A stretch of 64,000 nucleotides of DNA from NCBI RefSeq assembly GCF_009914755.1, contig NC_060929.1. One strand, given 5' to 3'. The number at the start of each line of letters is the position of its first letter. Positions within the stretch are counted from its first letter, which is position 1. The notes under the pieces were generated by a model that saw nothing but the letters and a program-made list of their open reading frames with translations, was not told the DNA's origin and searched no databases. Made by a program: the position numbers and the translations under genes. Of the stretch, positions 45,521-59,930 are shown piece after piece. Source of the DNA: the human T2T-CHM13v2.0 reference genome, Homo sapiens.

Positions 45521-46115
45521 ACCTTAAACAGTAAAAATTCAGTGACGTCCTTCAGGGAGCTTTATTGTATTTCAAGTAATCAACCCGACAAATGAAAAAA
45601 ACTAAAAACAAAAAAGATATGTGAGAATTTTTACAAGCTAGTAAGTTGGTATCAGTCTTTTGCCCTGAGGAGTCTTGAATTGTAAGACCAGGAAGAGATT
45701 CCAATTTACTTAAATCTTTTGAGACTAGCTTGACTCAGAGTCTTGAATGGAGGGATGGAAATTTTGTCTATTCAGTTTCTTTTCTATTTCACTTTTAATT
45801 TTCTATTTTAAGGGTTTTCAGGGCCTTTGAGTGTTTCAGTTGTCCTGGCTTTTTCCTTAGTATTACCACTGAGAATGTGAAAACTGAACTAAAATTACAC
45901 CTTTCAGTCTTCAAGGACTCACATTCTAGAAGGGTCCTGGGATTTGGTTAGGTAATTTCATGTTCATTCTATTCAGACCTTACATAATTTCATAGATCTG
46001 GCTTCTATTCTCTTGTCATTATTCCAGACTAAAGAAAGTTGAGGTCTCCCAGGCTAATCATCCTGGTGTTATTCTTGATTCTTTCTTCCTTTTGGTCCCT
46101 TTATCTGTTACCAAG

Positions 46116-46340
46116 TTCTTTTTTTTTTTCTTTTCCTCGCTCTGCCACCCAGGCTGGAGTGCAGTGATACAATCATGACTCATTGCAATCTCTACCTCCC
46201 CAGCTCAAGCAATCCTTCCACCTCAGCCCCCTAGTAGCTGGGACCACAGGCATGCAGTGCCACACCTGGCTAATTTTTAAGTGTTTTTGTAGAGACAGGG
46301 TTTCTCTATGTTCCCCAGCATAATCTTGAACTCCTGGGCT
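46116..46340 (-). mobile_element. Partial AluJ (antisense)
   Basis: Reverse Alu, truncated. Confidence 0.85.
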
Positions 46341-46881
46341 ATGTCCAACCTGTTATCAAATTTCTGATTGTCTTTTTCCCCCTTTGAGGTGTTTCTTTGA
46401 TTTGTCCCTTCTTCTGTTGTCTTCTAACAGCCCATTATTACCTCAAACCATTCTTACTGTATTGGCCTTCTGACTGGGCCTTCTACTAGGTTGACCCAGG
46501 AGTTTTTATTATATTATCCCTAGGCTGTAATTGAGAGTTGCGAAGAGTGAGCTAACAGTAAATATAACATCATAGAAGCATATGATACTCTAATTACTAA
46601 GTGAAGAAAATCATGTAAAGTAAAAGTATGATACAGTTTTATATGTGTATATTTACATAATGCACAGCATACAGACTTTTATATTTTTAAAGATTATATA
46701 TGCTTATTATTGTATTACTAATATGCTTATTGGCCATGTGTATATCTTTGGAGAAATATCTATTCCTATATACATATGAACATACATACATATATATATG
46801 TATATGTAGACTCAAAATGTTAACTGATTATTTCTGGATGGTGAGGTTACTGGTGATTTTAATTTCTTTACTTTGCAAATG

Positions 46882-47230
46882 CAGTTGGCTCTTGATATCT
46901 GTGGGTTCTGCATCCATGGATTTAACCAACTGCAGATTGAAAATATTCAAGGAATGAAAAGGATGGTAGCATCTATACTGAACACATACAGGCTTTTTTT
47001 TCCCCTTGTTATTATTTCTGAAACAGTACAGTATAACTGCTATTTATTTATAGCATTTACATTGTATTATGTGTTATAAGTAATCTAGAGATATTTAAAG
47101 TCTATGGGAGGATGTACATAGGTTATATACAAGTACTTTACCATTTTATGTAAGGGATTTGAGCATGTTGGATTTTAGCATCTGCAGGGGGTCCTAGAAC
47201 CAATCCCCTATGGATACTGAGGGATGACTG
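46882..47230. mobile_element. MER2 (TcMar-Tigger)
   Basis: Termini cagttggctcttgatatc...gatactgagggatgactg, about 350 bp long. Confidence 0.85.
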
Positions 47231-48472
47231 AGCATGATTTCAGAAGTTCCTATAATGTACATATATTACTTTCAGAATAAGAAAAGTGTATTAAAGTTTT
47301 TATCCAGAAAAAGAATATTGGCTGAAATTTAGCTAGAGCATTTTGCAACTAGAGCCCCCACTTGAGAGCAGCATTGATTGTTATGTACACTATTTATTGA
47401 GGTACCAGATGGTGTGACTATGATATCATTAAAAAAATGATTAACCTCAATGAACCTGACATCAGAGGATTGAATACCAGCATTACAAATGTATTTGTCA
47501 CTTACTGAGGTACTAACTGTTGTGCATTAGTCACATTACTTTTGATCAAAATGTTGTCAGAAATTAAGGCTGTAGACACTGCTGTGGATTAAATCCTCCC
47601 TTGAAACATGTCTCTCTTTTTTTTGTTCTAGAAGATGGACTGTGTATATTCAGTAATCTTCTCAATTGCAAATTATTTAAAAATTGAATTATATCATAAA
47701 AAATTATAGAAATTCATTTGCAAATATTTTCAATTTTTATTAACTTCAGATATCATTGAGCAACACTTCATGGTAAACTTCTCTAGTCATCATAACACTA
47801 TAACAGCTTTAGAACCAAAGTGTCTTCATCTGCTTCCTATGGACCCAGCAATATCTTTTGGCCAGAGGTTAAATCATAGTGCCTTGACTTCATCCTTAAG
47901 TTGGTTGGTAGCATAGTGATAAAATTGCTTGTTGTTATGCTATAAACCCAGTCTACCAGATTGTTATCTGCATTGACCATTTTTCAGCTTACCATTTTTC
48001 TAAGTATGGATAATCTCTTTGAAGTTTGGCAAAGTGTATCAAATGGACAAAGACCAAGATGTCAAACAAGCCTTCTTTAAGAGTTATGATGTTATAGGTT
48101 TATGATAGTTTTTCATTTTATTCATGTCTTATTTATACCATTGACATCAGAAAGAGCATTGTTGTTCATATCAAAATAATTACTTATCCCTTCTTGCTTT
48201 TTTGTTGTTTTAACTGAAATGGGACCCACTAAGAGCTGTGTTAACTCATTTCCATCTTAAGAATTAGATCATCAGAGATAGCTACCCTCAAGTCAAGCTG
48301 CTGAGTAGTAGCAAATTAGAGTCTTGAGGACCTGGGCAGGACCTGAGAAGGAAGGAAAGAGTGAGAAAAAAATTGACCATTTGTTACTGCTAAAGCTTTG
48401 ATACTCATGTCCAGAGAGGCAAGGGCAGAAATACCAAATATGGCTGCTTTCTGGCAAAAGAGAGGGTGCCTA

Positions 48473-48997
<525 letters not shown>

Positions 48998-49034
48998 TCA
49001 ATGCAACATGTGGCATCTTCAAAACTAGAGAGCA

Positions 49035-49335
49035 TTTTATTTTGTTTTATTTTATTAAATGTTTGTGGGTATATAGTAGGTGTATATATTTATGGGGTAC
49101 GTGAGATATTTTGATACAGGCATGCAATGTGAAATAAGCATATCACGGAGAATGGGGTATCCATGCCCTCAAGCAGTTATCCTTAGAGTTACAAACAATC
49201 CAATTACACTCTTTAAGCCACTCCAAAATACACAATTAAGCTATTGACTATAGTAATCCTATTGTGCTATCAAATAGTAGGTCTTATTCATTCTTTCTAT
49301 TTTTTTGGACCCATTAGCCATCCCCACTTCCCTCC
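49035..49335 (-). mobile_element. L1MA 3' end (antisense)
   Basis: 'gtaggtgtatatatttatggggtac...ggagaatggggtatccat'. Confidence 0.85.
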
Positions 49336-49940
49336 ACATTTTAAAGTGGTGACTGAGGGCTGCCTGTCTGATGCTAGGGGCCTGTCAGTTTTGTGTTTGT
49401 GGTTTTGCACAGATTCTAACACTGTTGGTGGGAATCGTATTATTTGTTTTGATGAACTTTAATTCAGTGAGAAATAGATAAGTTATATTCATTATGTTCT
49501 ATCTACTCAGTAAATAAGTATACAGTATACTGTGAATATATTTTTCGGTTCACAAAAAACAGAAATAAAGCTGGATAGTTAAAATGTTGTTTCTAGTATC
49601 TGGAAAAAGTCATTTATGTACAATACCTTATTCTAATAATACTAGAAATATCAGAAGTTACAGTTTTAAAAAGTCATAATGATTATATAGGAATAGTCCA
49701 TCATTCTAGTAGTGTAATCTGGATATCTTTTTCAAGCTAGGAAGCACTGTAGAAATCTTTGGATTTCAGTAGTAAACAGACTGTCTCAACATTTCTGAAA
49801 CCCACACTACAATAGAGAAATGTTTTTAAAGAGAGGCATTTATTGTCCGTTTGTTGTCTTTTTCACGTTTTTGGATCATCTTTAAAAGGTCGTACAGAAT
49901 ATCTGAGCTACACTATTTTTTAAATGTAGAAAGTAGGCAC

Positions 49941-49984
49941 CTTCTGATCCGTGGTCAGACGCGTTACCCATTGCGCTACTGGCC
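49941..49984 (-). pseudogene. 5' half (about nt 2-45) of tRNA-Arg(ACG), retrocopied, inverted relative to the adjoining L1
   Basis: The reverse complement GGCCAGTAGCGCAATGGGTAACGCGTCTGACCACGGATCAGAAG matches recalled tRNA-Arg-ACG GGCCAGTGGCGCAATGGATAACGCGTCTGACTACGGATCAGAAG at 41/44. No T-arm or 3' acceptor strand is present. Confidence 0.88.
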
Positions 49985-50820
49985 ACATGAAAAAATGCTC
50001 ACCATCACTGGCCATCAGAGAAATGCAAATCAAAACCACAATGAGATACCATCTCACACCAGTTAGAATGGCAATCATTAAAAAGTCAGGAAACAACAGG
50101 TGCTGGAGAGGATGTGGAGAAATAGGAACACTTTTACACTGTTGGTGGGACTGTAACCTAGTTCAACCATTGTGGAAGTCAGTGTGGCGATTCCTCAGGG
50201 ATCTAGAACTAGAAATACCATTTGACCCAGCCATCCCATTACTGGGTATATACCCATGACCCAGCCATCCCATTACTGGGTATATACCCAAAGGACTATA
50301 AATCATGCTGCTATAAAGACACATGCACACGTATGTTTATTGCGGCATTATTCACAATAGCAAAGACTTGGAACCAACCCAAATGTCCAAGAATGATAGA
50401 CTGGATTAAGAAAATGTGGCACATATACACCATGGAATACTATGCAGCCATAAAAAATGATGAGTTCATGTCCTTTGTAGGGACATGGATGAAATTGGAA
50501 ATCATCCTTCTCAGTAAACTATCACAAGAACAAAAAACCAAACACCACATGTTCTTACTCACAGGTGGGAATTGAACAATGAGAACACATGGACACAGGA
50601 AGGGGAACATCACACTCTGGGGACTGTTGTGGGGTGGGGGGAAGGGGGGAGGGATAACATTGGGAGATATACCTAACGCTAGATGACGAGTTAGTGGGTG
50701 CAGCGCACCAGCATGGCACATGTATACATATGTAACTAACCTGCACATTGTGCACATGTACCCTAAAACTTAAAGTATAATAATAATTAATTAATTAATT
50801 AAAAAATAAATTAAAAAAAA
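49984..50820 (+). mobile_element. Young 5'-truncated L1PA (L1PA2/3-like): ORF2 C-terminus, 3'UTR and A-tail
   Basis: ORF2 peptides [29 protein letters not shown]... and ...KIWHIYTMEYYAAIKN-like. The 3'UTR carries 'gatgacGAGttagtgggtgcagcgcacc'. TSD aaagtaggcacctt at 49930-49943 and 50818-50831. Confidence 0.95.
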
Positions 50821-52136
50821 GTAGGCACCTTATTTCTATTTTATTTCTATGTATGCACAAAAATAAGGCAAGATGCTAGTAGGAGTCTGTAAAATTGCAC
50901 TGTGAAGTAGGGTGATAGGAAGAGCACAGTTTGAGTCTAGGCTCAATTGCTTTAGGCTAACTGCTTTTTCTCTCTGAACTTCATTTGTAAAACTTAGGTA
51001 ATGAAGACCTACCTTTATGGTTGTTGTAAAGAATATGTAGTGGCTTCTTCGTAGTCTTTGATTAGTAAATGTTTGTTTTCCTTTCAGCTTTCCTTTTGGA
51101 CCTATTTACAGTTAGTTTATTACATTTTCTCATTTTCCAGTCTTTGAAGAATTTGTGACTTATCACCACCTACTTAAACATTTTTTGTGCCTCTTAATCT
51201 CTCTTGGAGGCAGAGTAGTTACTATAAAGATTTAAGCTCAGCTATATATTTCCTGTTACTTAAAAAGATACTTTATACTTGGCCATTCTTAAAAATTAAG
51301 TTTTGGGTCCTTTTTGTAGTTTAATTATGTACACTTCACACATCCACAATTGATCACTACATACAGATGTCCACAATTTATACGACACTACACACATTGA
51401 CATAAAATACTATGATATGAGATAATGGGATAATTTAAGAAAAAAGAAAAAAGTATTCATGTATGTTTTCTGAATAAGTTTTTCATTAAAAGCCATTTAG
51501 GCTTTTAGATCAATAAATATTATAGTTTTAAGTAGCCAGAGACTTGAGGCAATGACCATTATCTTTTAAAAAACAAATCTGAAATTTAGTTTTTATATGC
51601 ATTATTAATAAGATAACTGAAGATAAGTGAAAAAAGTACCTTTTCCCCTTGTCTTCAATAAATATTTATTACAGTGTTTATTTTATGCCAACATTATAAA
51701 CTAGATGTTAGGTCTACAATGGGGTTAATGAGATAGACAACCTGCTTTCAAGAAGCTTCCAGTTTAGTGTGAGAGAAAGGTGTTGAAACTGTTATTCCGG
51801 ATTTGGAGGATGCTGTGAAGGAGAAGCACAAGGGAAGCTGATCCACATGAATATTTCATGATGTTATTGAAGCAAAATGAAAATGACTGCTATATTTATG
51901 TTATATCTTAAGTTCAAATGTCAGGGTCAGATGAAATCTGTGATATATTCTTAATGGTTGATATCTTTACATAGAAGTTGTTTTAAATTTATATACAAAA
52001 CAGAAGCCTCAATAATTTAGTTATTATATTAAAAAGTAAAGCTGTTTGGTGTAATCTCCATCTCTCTTAACTGTTAGGAATGCCTGCTGATCATCTGTAT
52101 GCTTACACTAGCTGATAAAGTGATTGCTTGTTGTAG

Positions 52137-52307
<171 letters not shown>

Positions 52308-52788
52308 TAAGATATTTTTCATTTTCCTCTTTATCAGTGCTTTAGATAAGATGACATTATTCAATTAATTATAGTGTCTTTATTATAAAATATTACAGTT
52401 ACTCAAATGTGTTAGACTCTTGGGAAAGCTGAATGTCATACATATATAGCTTGATTTGAAAATTAAATTCATTTCTTGCTTCCTCTGTCACTGAGTACAA
52501 TGAAAGCAGATGTTAAAGTTTATGTGGGTGACATTTTTATAAAGTTTCAGCACTCTTTTCATTTGTTAGCTTTTACTTGAACACTTTTATAATTATAAAA
52601 GTTTGATTAGGCAAGAAAAGACTGAGAAGATAGGGACTGAGGGGCATTTTAGTGATCTGTTCCTTTTGTTAAGAGCCCATATTCATCCCACTATTCTTTA
52701 TTGACCTCTAAACATCCCAACATGGAATATTTATTCTCTTTTTCATAAAGGATGTTAGCACAAACAAATCTAACTTTAAAATTCAGAT

Positions 52789-53148
<360 letters not shown>

Positions 53149-53162
53149 TTAAGAAAAAGTAA

Positions 53163-53451
53163 GACTAGGCTTGGTGGCTCATGCCTGTAATCCCAGCATT
53201 TTGGGAGGCTGAGGCAGGAACATCTCTTGAAACCAGGATTTTGAGACCAGCCTGGGCAACATATTGAGACCCTATCTCTACAAAAATTAAAAAATTAGCT
53301 GGGCGTGGTGGTGCACACCTGTAGTTCCAGCTGCTTGGGACACTGAGGATTGCTTGAGCTCAGAAGTTTGAGGCTGCAGTGAGCCATGATAGTGCCCATG
53401 CACTCCAGCCTGGGTGACAGAGCAAGAGCCTGTCTCAAAAAAAAAAAAAAA
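53163..53451 (+). mobile_element. AluJ (sense)
   Basis: Diverged Alu with A-tail. Confidence 0.9.
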
Positions 53452-53786
53452 GAGAGATAGAATTTAAAAAATACAAAATTAAATAAAGTTGTTCAAGTTC
53501 AAATGTTTTATTCTTTCCAGGAGGCATCTAGATTATTCCCTTCACTGCCATAGGTGTCATCAGTATGCTTTCTTGCTATGCGTGTTCTATCCTAGTGTAT
53601 CCTCCCAGCTCTGTGAGTTATCCTTTGCATCCTATTCTGCCAGGAAGCGTTTTGTCATTATATAATTTTGATAGCAACAGAATAAGTCGATGTAAATTTT
53701 AGTGCAGAAAAAATCACTTAAAATTTTGTTCCAAAGTGAAAATCTTCCTGGTAAATCATATCAGTGTCATGAATATTATATAATGA

Positions 53787-54303
<517 letters not shown>

Positions 54304-54489
54304 CTGTAGTCACTTTCTTTGCAAAATGTGAGAGCATCTGGGATTTTATTAGCCAGATATATTTAAGAAGAATAATTTAGGAAAGTAGTATTTATTGGTG
54401 TTATGAGTAAGTTCAGAAATGTGGTTACACATGAAAGTTCTGAGTCAAAGAACTATAGGAGGTCATTGGTAGGATATTATGCTTTTGAA

Positions 54490-54890
54490 AAAAGACCAAT
54501 GAATCACCAAGAAACTGATGAAAAGATGTTCAATCTTAGTAATCAGTGAGTGCAAATTAAAACAATGGGATAACGCTGTTTACCTGTTATGTTGACAAAC
54601 ATTAGAAAGTTTAATAATACCAACTTTAAGTGAGGGTATGAGAAAACAAGTTAACTTTCATATCCTGCTTGTAGGAAAGTAGATTGGTATATCTACTCTT
54701 GTCTATTAAAATAAAAAATAAGCATACTCTGTGACTTAGGAATCCCACTTTAAAAATTTACTCTAGCTTTGGGAAACACTTGGACTTGTACACGTGGAGA
54801 TGTGTATAGGATTGTTCATTGCATCATCGTTTATAAGTAAGAATTTGGATGCAATCTAAATGTTTAACAGTGGAAAATGTGTAGCAGCTT
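54490..54890 (+). mobile_element. Old L1M ORF2-end fragment
   Basis: 'aaaagatgttcaa..ttagtaatcag...tgcaaattaaaacaat' motif. Confidence 0.7.
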
Positions 54891-55029
54891 TGAAAATCTG
54901 ACAAGAAGTGATCTTCAGTATACTCTACTGTAAGGGCCTATTGAACCTAATTTCAGTTTCTTAAAGGCCATCTAAAGAACAAAGACGAAGTTTACTTTTT
55001 TTCCTTTAAAAAGGAGAGTAAAACTTACT

Positions 55030-56300
55030 CTGTCTTACACTTACCATGTGGGTTTATTGGATTGTTTTATAAATGTAAGATGCATTTTGGGATCTTTAGT
55101 GATCTTATTTTTTCTGTATCTTGGAACATTTTGTTATTTCTTCATCCTGAGTATTGTTTTAACATTGTTTATCATTTGTTTCAACTATAATATAAAAGTC
55201 TAAAATGAAAAGAAAATGAGAGAATGATGATGCAGAAGTGAGGGGAGAAATCACTATCACGTCATCCTTCTGTTTTCTTCTTGTATTGCCCGCATTACAT
55301 CATCTTCCAAGAAGGTATAAAAGAAGAGTGCAGATGCCACAGTTGGAGTCTGCTTCTAATTTTCATTGAACACAGTTGAAAATTCAGAATTTTTCGTTGT
55401 TCACCCGTAAAGGCAAAGAGAACAAAATTGACAGAAGGCCTTTCATAATTATTAGCTTAATCAGATGATGAATGTGAAGAGAAAAAAACCAGTGCCCTGC
55501 ATATTCATGGTGATGGTGAAATTTCATGTATCAGCAAAATCTGAGATTCTGAATGCTCAGAAAATATCCTAGGTGAATTTTCTCAAACTCAAAAGTTGGT
55601 ATGTGAATAATATATTTGTAAGGGCAAAATGAACTCTGTTATTCTCGTCCAGTTAGTCATTCAATAGGAAACATTCATCATGTAATATTTGGTGACAAGA
55701 ACCTGGACTGTCCTGTTTTGCTGAAAGATGTGATAGTATTCTTCTATCTTTTATAATATTTATTCACTAAAATTTACTTGATACAATTTATAGGTTACAA
55801 TTTATAGACAGACAGGAGATTGAAAGGATATAGATGATGTAGAAATAAAGGTACTCATTTGATTATTCTAATTGGTGTTGATAAGTCAAAAAATGAAAAT
55901 ATTTTGCAATTATGGAGCAAAGATGACCATCTCTTTAAGAAAATTATGAGCTTTAAAAGATTTCAAAAACTTCTTCAAGTATTTGCATTTTTGTTGATAC
56001 AAATGTGAAAAGAATCAGAAATAATCAGCTCTAGAACCTATTAGAAATGTATTGAAATTTGGAATTTAATATTTATGAATGAATATGTTCCAGATGCATG
56101 CTTGACGGCTGATGAGCAATGACATTCAGAATGTCTTACCCATTTCAGATATATATGCCTTGAAAACCAGGAGAATATGGAATAAAACTTTTGAGATTTG
56201 CTGTGTTTAAATTCTTATTAAAATTTGTCATGAGGTTGATTTTTTTTACTATCCCCTTATTCTCATTTCTGTAAAATTATTTGTGAAATGACTTTAAAGG
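55030..56300 (+). mobile_element. Fossil piggyBac-family transposon (Looper-like) with decayed transposase
   Basis: Frameshifted peptides KKIMSFKRFQKLLQV (about 55940-55980), LTADEQ (56102-56119) and PFQIYMP*KPGEYGIK (56140-56187) match piggyBac DDD transposase motifs. Confidence 0.8.
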
Positions 56301-56886
56301 AATATATTAAATCCAGATAGTAAATGGTGAAATCTATTTTTTGTGTGTGTACTGAGAGTTAAAATAAACTTTGAATTTTTTAAGTTACAGAATGATAGAT
56401 TACAGTATGACTTTTCCAAAGAAATCACAACGAGTGTGATGCATACATAAACATAAATGCACAGAAGAAGGTTGGAAAGGGTAGACACCAAGCTGGTCTC
56501 AGTAGTAACATCTGGGAAGGAGAGCTGAGAGTAGGGCAGGGCTCAGAGGTGCTTGAATACACAGCTAAAGCTGTAGATAAAACAGATATAGAGGTCTTTA
56601 AAAAGCATAAAGAACATCAAGGTCAAAAAATGATTCTTGTATCAAAGTAAAAGATACAAAAGACCGTAGAAAGATGTTTTAATTGAACAGCGTATGAAAA
56701 TTTTAGGTCATTTCATTTCCAAGTCCAACACATAGTTTATATTAATAATTACATCTAGAAATAATTTTATGTGATTTACTTTATTGTATTCATTAATGAA
56801 AATAAGTAGCAATAATCTGAACTGTTATCTTTACTAATGAAAATATTGGTTTGATCTCAGACAACAATAGAAAAATGAAGAATAAA

Positions 56887-57078
56887 GCCCAGCATGGTGA
56901 CATGCACCTATAGTCCCAGCCTCCTCAAGAAGCTGAGGCAAGAGGATCACTTGAGCCTAGGAGCTTGAGGCTGTAGTGTGCTATGATTGTGTCTGTGAAT
57001 AGTCACTGCACTGCAGCCTGGGCAGCACACTGAGACCCTATCTCTTAAAAAAAAAAAAAGAAAGAAAAGAAAAAAAAG
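56887..57078 (+). mobile_element. FAM (fossil Alu monomer)
   Basis: Monomer with the 7SL/FAM-diagnostic 'gtgaatagtcactgcac' and an A-tail. Confidence 0.8.
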
Positions 57079-57344
57079 ATCTTGTAAAGGTAAACTACAA
57101 GGGTGAAGCCATTTATAAGACTCTTCTAAAGTATGTGCTTCAGTGCACTATTATAATAATAAATGTTTTCCCAATTTTGATCTTATAGTTCAAATTTAAC
57201 TTTTATACTCAAGGTTTTATTCTGGACATATGTTCTTAAAATCTATGTTTAAAGTTTTGTTTTCTGTCGTACAAACAGTACTGAAATTTTTCATGCTATC
57301 TTAGAGTTTTTTTTTTAAGGCTATTTCCATGCCTAGTAAATTGA

Positions 57345-57506
<162 letters not shown>

Positions 57507-57934
57507 TGATAACATCCCAAACTTTTACATACCAAAGAAACATTTTTATAATTAAAAGTTACCCAAATTTCAACTTTGGCTTTAAATGGGCTAAGCCTGG
57601 ACATAGTTTTATATTTACCACGAAATGTGGAATTGGTGCTATTTCCAATGCAAGATTATCAATAGGTTTAGTAACTAAAAGTTTAGTTCTAATTAGTTAT
57701 CCTAGGTAACCCAGTAAAAATATTTTACATTTGTAAATACCCAATATGCAAATAGAGTTGGAATTATACCATAGTTTTGCAAATTCATGTTAGCATGTAG
57801 TGTTCCATCCTTTGTACTGTGACTATTTTCAGATGTTCTATGCAAGAATCAGAGATGCCTTTGCAGATTCCAATGATGAGAATTTTCATTATAGGGGCTG
57901 GATTTCTCTTACATAACACAAATGATCCTGAATA

Positions 57935-58440
57935 CTTAATTTACTTAACACATACTTACTGAGTGCCTGTGTCTCAGGTAATGAAGTATTAGGAACAGAG
58001 ACTAGTAAGCAAGACAGAACTCTTCCCTGCCCTCACAGAGCTTGTTGTATAGCAGAGAAGATAGGCTAGTGCAATACAGCTTAGTGCATGGCATGATAGA
58101 GGAGACCAGGATGGCCTGGGGATAGGTAGCAGGTTGGCCTAACCCAAGGGCAGGGAAGCATTGAGGAATGTTCCCCAGGGAGGAGATACCAACTGAAGAA
58201 TGAGTCAGTGCAGGCCAAGGTATTGAAGGGGAGTATTCCAGGTAGAAGAACCAGCATGGCAGATATTGGAAGTGAAGCATAGCAGGAGGAATTCGAGGAA
58301 CTGAAAGATGATGAGTAAGGTTGGAGTGCAGAGTGTGAACAAAGAAGTGTTCAGAGATAAGGAAGAGGCCAGTTCACTCATATCAAGAAATTTGCATTTT
58401 TACCCCTAAAAGATTAAGAATACTAGCAAGAGAGTGATAG
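57935..58440 (-). mobile_element. L2 fragment
   Basis: 'acatacttactgagtgcct' and 'ccctgccctcacagagctt' motifs. Confidence 0.7.
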
Positions 58441-58464
58441 AAGCTGGGTAAAAATAGTGAAGTT

Positions 58465-59120
58465 ATGGCAGGGTGTTTGAGTTCCATTGTCAAAGCTAAA
58501 TGGAGCTGGGCACTGAAGTGGTAAGGATTGATCTTATTCAGTAATACTCCTGCATAGGGAAGAGTCCAGTGTGAACTGAACTTGACTTCATTTTGGCATA
58601 GATGACTGGGTGTTTTAAAGGGAATACGAGGGAACAGGGAAAGGGAATGAGCTGGGGGAGGAGAGAGAGTGAGGTGTGGTTATTTGAAACCTATCTGGGT
58701 TTACTAATTGTTTGCTTATACCACATTTCAAAGAGTCAGCTCTCTGGTCCTTAAGAAGACAATTCTGGGTGATAGATTTACATCACAAAGGGGCAGAAAA
58801 AGTATTTATAATTGCAAGCTTTCTAAGGTAACTGTTCTAAGAAGGGCTTCAGCATCTGGCTGCCTGTCACCAAATTTTGGCTGGAATGGCGAATCCTGGC
58901 AGCACTGAGTTTTCTCAGGCAGATACTTTTAGTGGGGCTGGGGTCATCCTAAGGATGCAGCCTTGAGCTGTTAGAAACTATGCTAGTGGGGTAACTTCTA
59001 AGTAGGGAGGGTGGACAAAATCATTTTTACTCAAAGTCTCTAGGTTTTTATAGGTCAAAGTTGAGAACTAGTCCAGAAGAGGGCTCAGAGAAAAAACCTG
59101 ATGAGAATTTGGTCAAGGAC
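58465..59120 (-). mobile_element. ERV1 LTR (MER67/MER31-like)
   Basis: 'ctagtccagaagagggctcagag...tttggtcaagga' is the reverse of the MER67-type 5' end. Confidence 0.65.
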
Positions 59121-59930
59121 ATGGGGTAAAACGGTATGGTGATGGGTCAAAAAATGAATATGTAGGGAGTAGTTATGTGAGAGAGAAGGTATCAGAGAAT
59201 AAAATGCCTGACTTTCAGATATCAAATGTGCTGTTTTTCTGGTTGATGGCAAGATCTTATGTATGGCTATGGAAGGTGGGTAGCAGAAGGGAGAAGGTCT
59301 TTGGAGATGAAGAGATCAAGGAACAGAGTTTGGGAAAAAGTTGTCCATGTGAATGTTGAAATCTAAGATAACAGCAAGATATGCCATAGAGGAAAACAGG
59401 GATCCAGGTGTCTGAGATTGCGAGAAATGGCGATTGGGAATCCTGAAGTTTATAGATAGCTTAGATTGAGGACAGACAGTGGTAAAGCCCTAAAGAAGAG
59501 CTTCTGAACCCTGAACCCTGAGGTACATGGTCCATGGTTGGATGTGGCAGAAAGGTCAGCGCCCAAATGAGAGAGCTGCAGGGGAATAACAAACAGCCAG
59601 CCAGTTTTCATTTTAGTGTATGAAGGAAATGTTAAGCAAGGTGGTTAGAAACAGAAGTACTAAGGAACTCTTCTGAGGACAGTGAAAGAATTGAGATGTA
59701 GGGGAGCATTTGGAATGTAGATCAGAGAAAGCTCAGAGTAGTAGCGAGCTGGGACTGTAACAGAGTATTCTACCTCGGGCTGTGAGCAGAGGTGGCAGAG
59801 ATGTGTGGCATGGTGCATTTGGCTGGCCATGAGAGGGGGATGTGAAGGGAAATACTTTGAATGACATCTAGTTTAATTTATAATATGGATTTTCATATCA
59901 TAACAAGACTTGTTGGTAGTATATAATGCA

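Noticed and set aside
49941-49984. Functional tRNA-Arg gene
   Set aside because: It lacks the T-arm/B-box and the 3' acceptor strand and has U33>C; it is a retrocopied fragment.
59785-59800. CTCF-like motif gcagaggtggcag (also near 4545 and 9540)
   Set aside because: Only partial matches, which are expected by chance in 64 kb.
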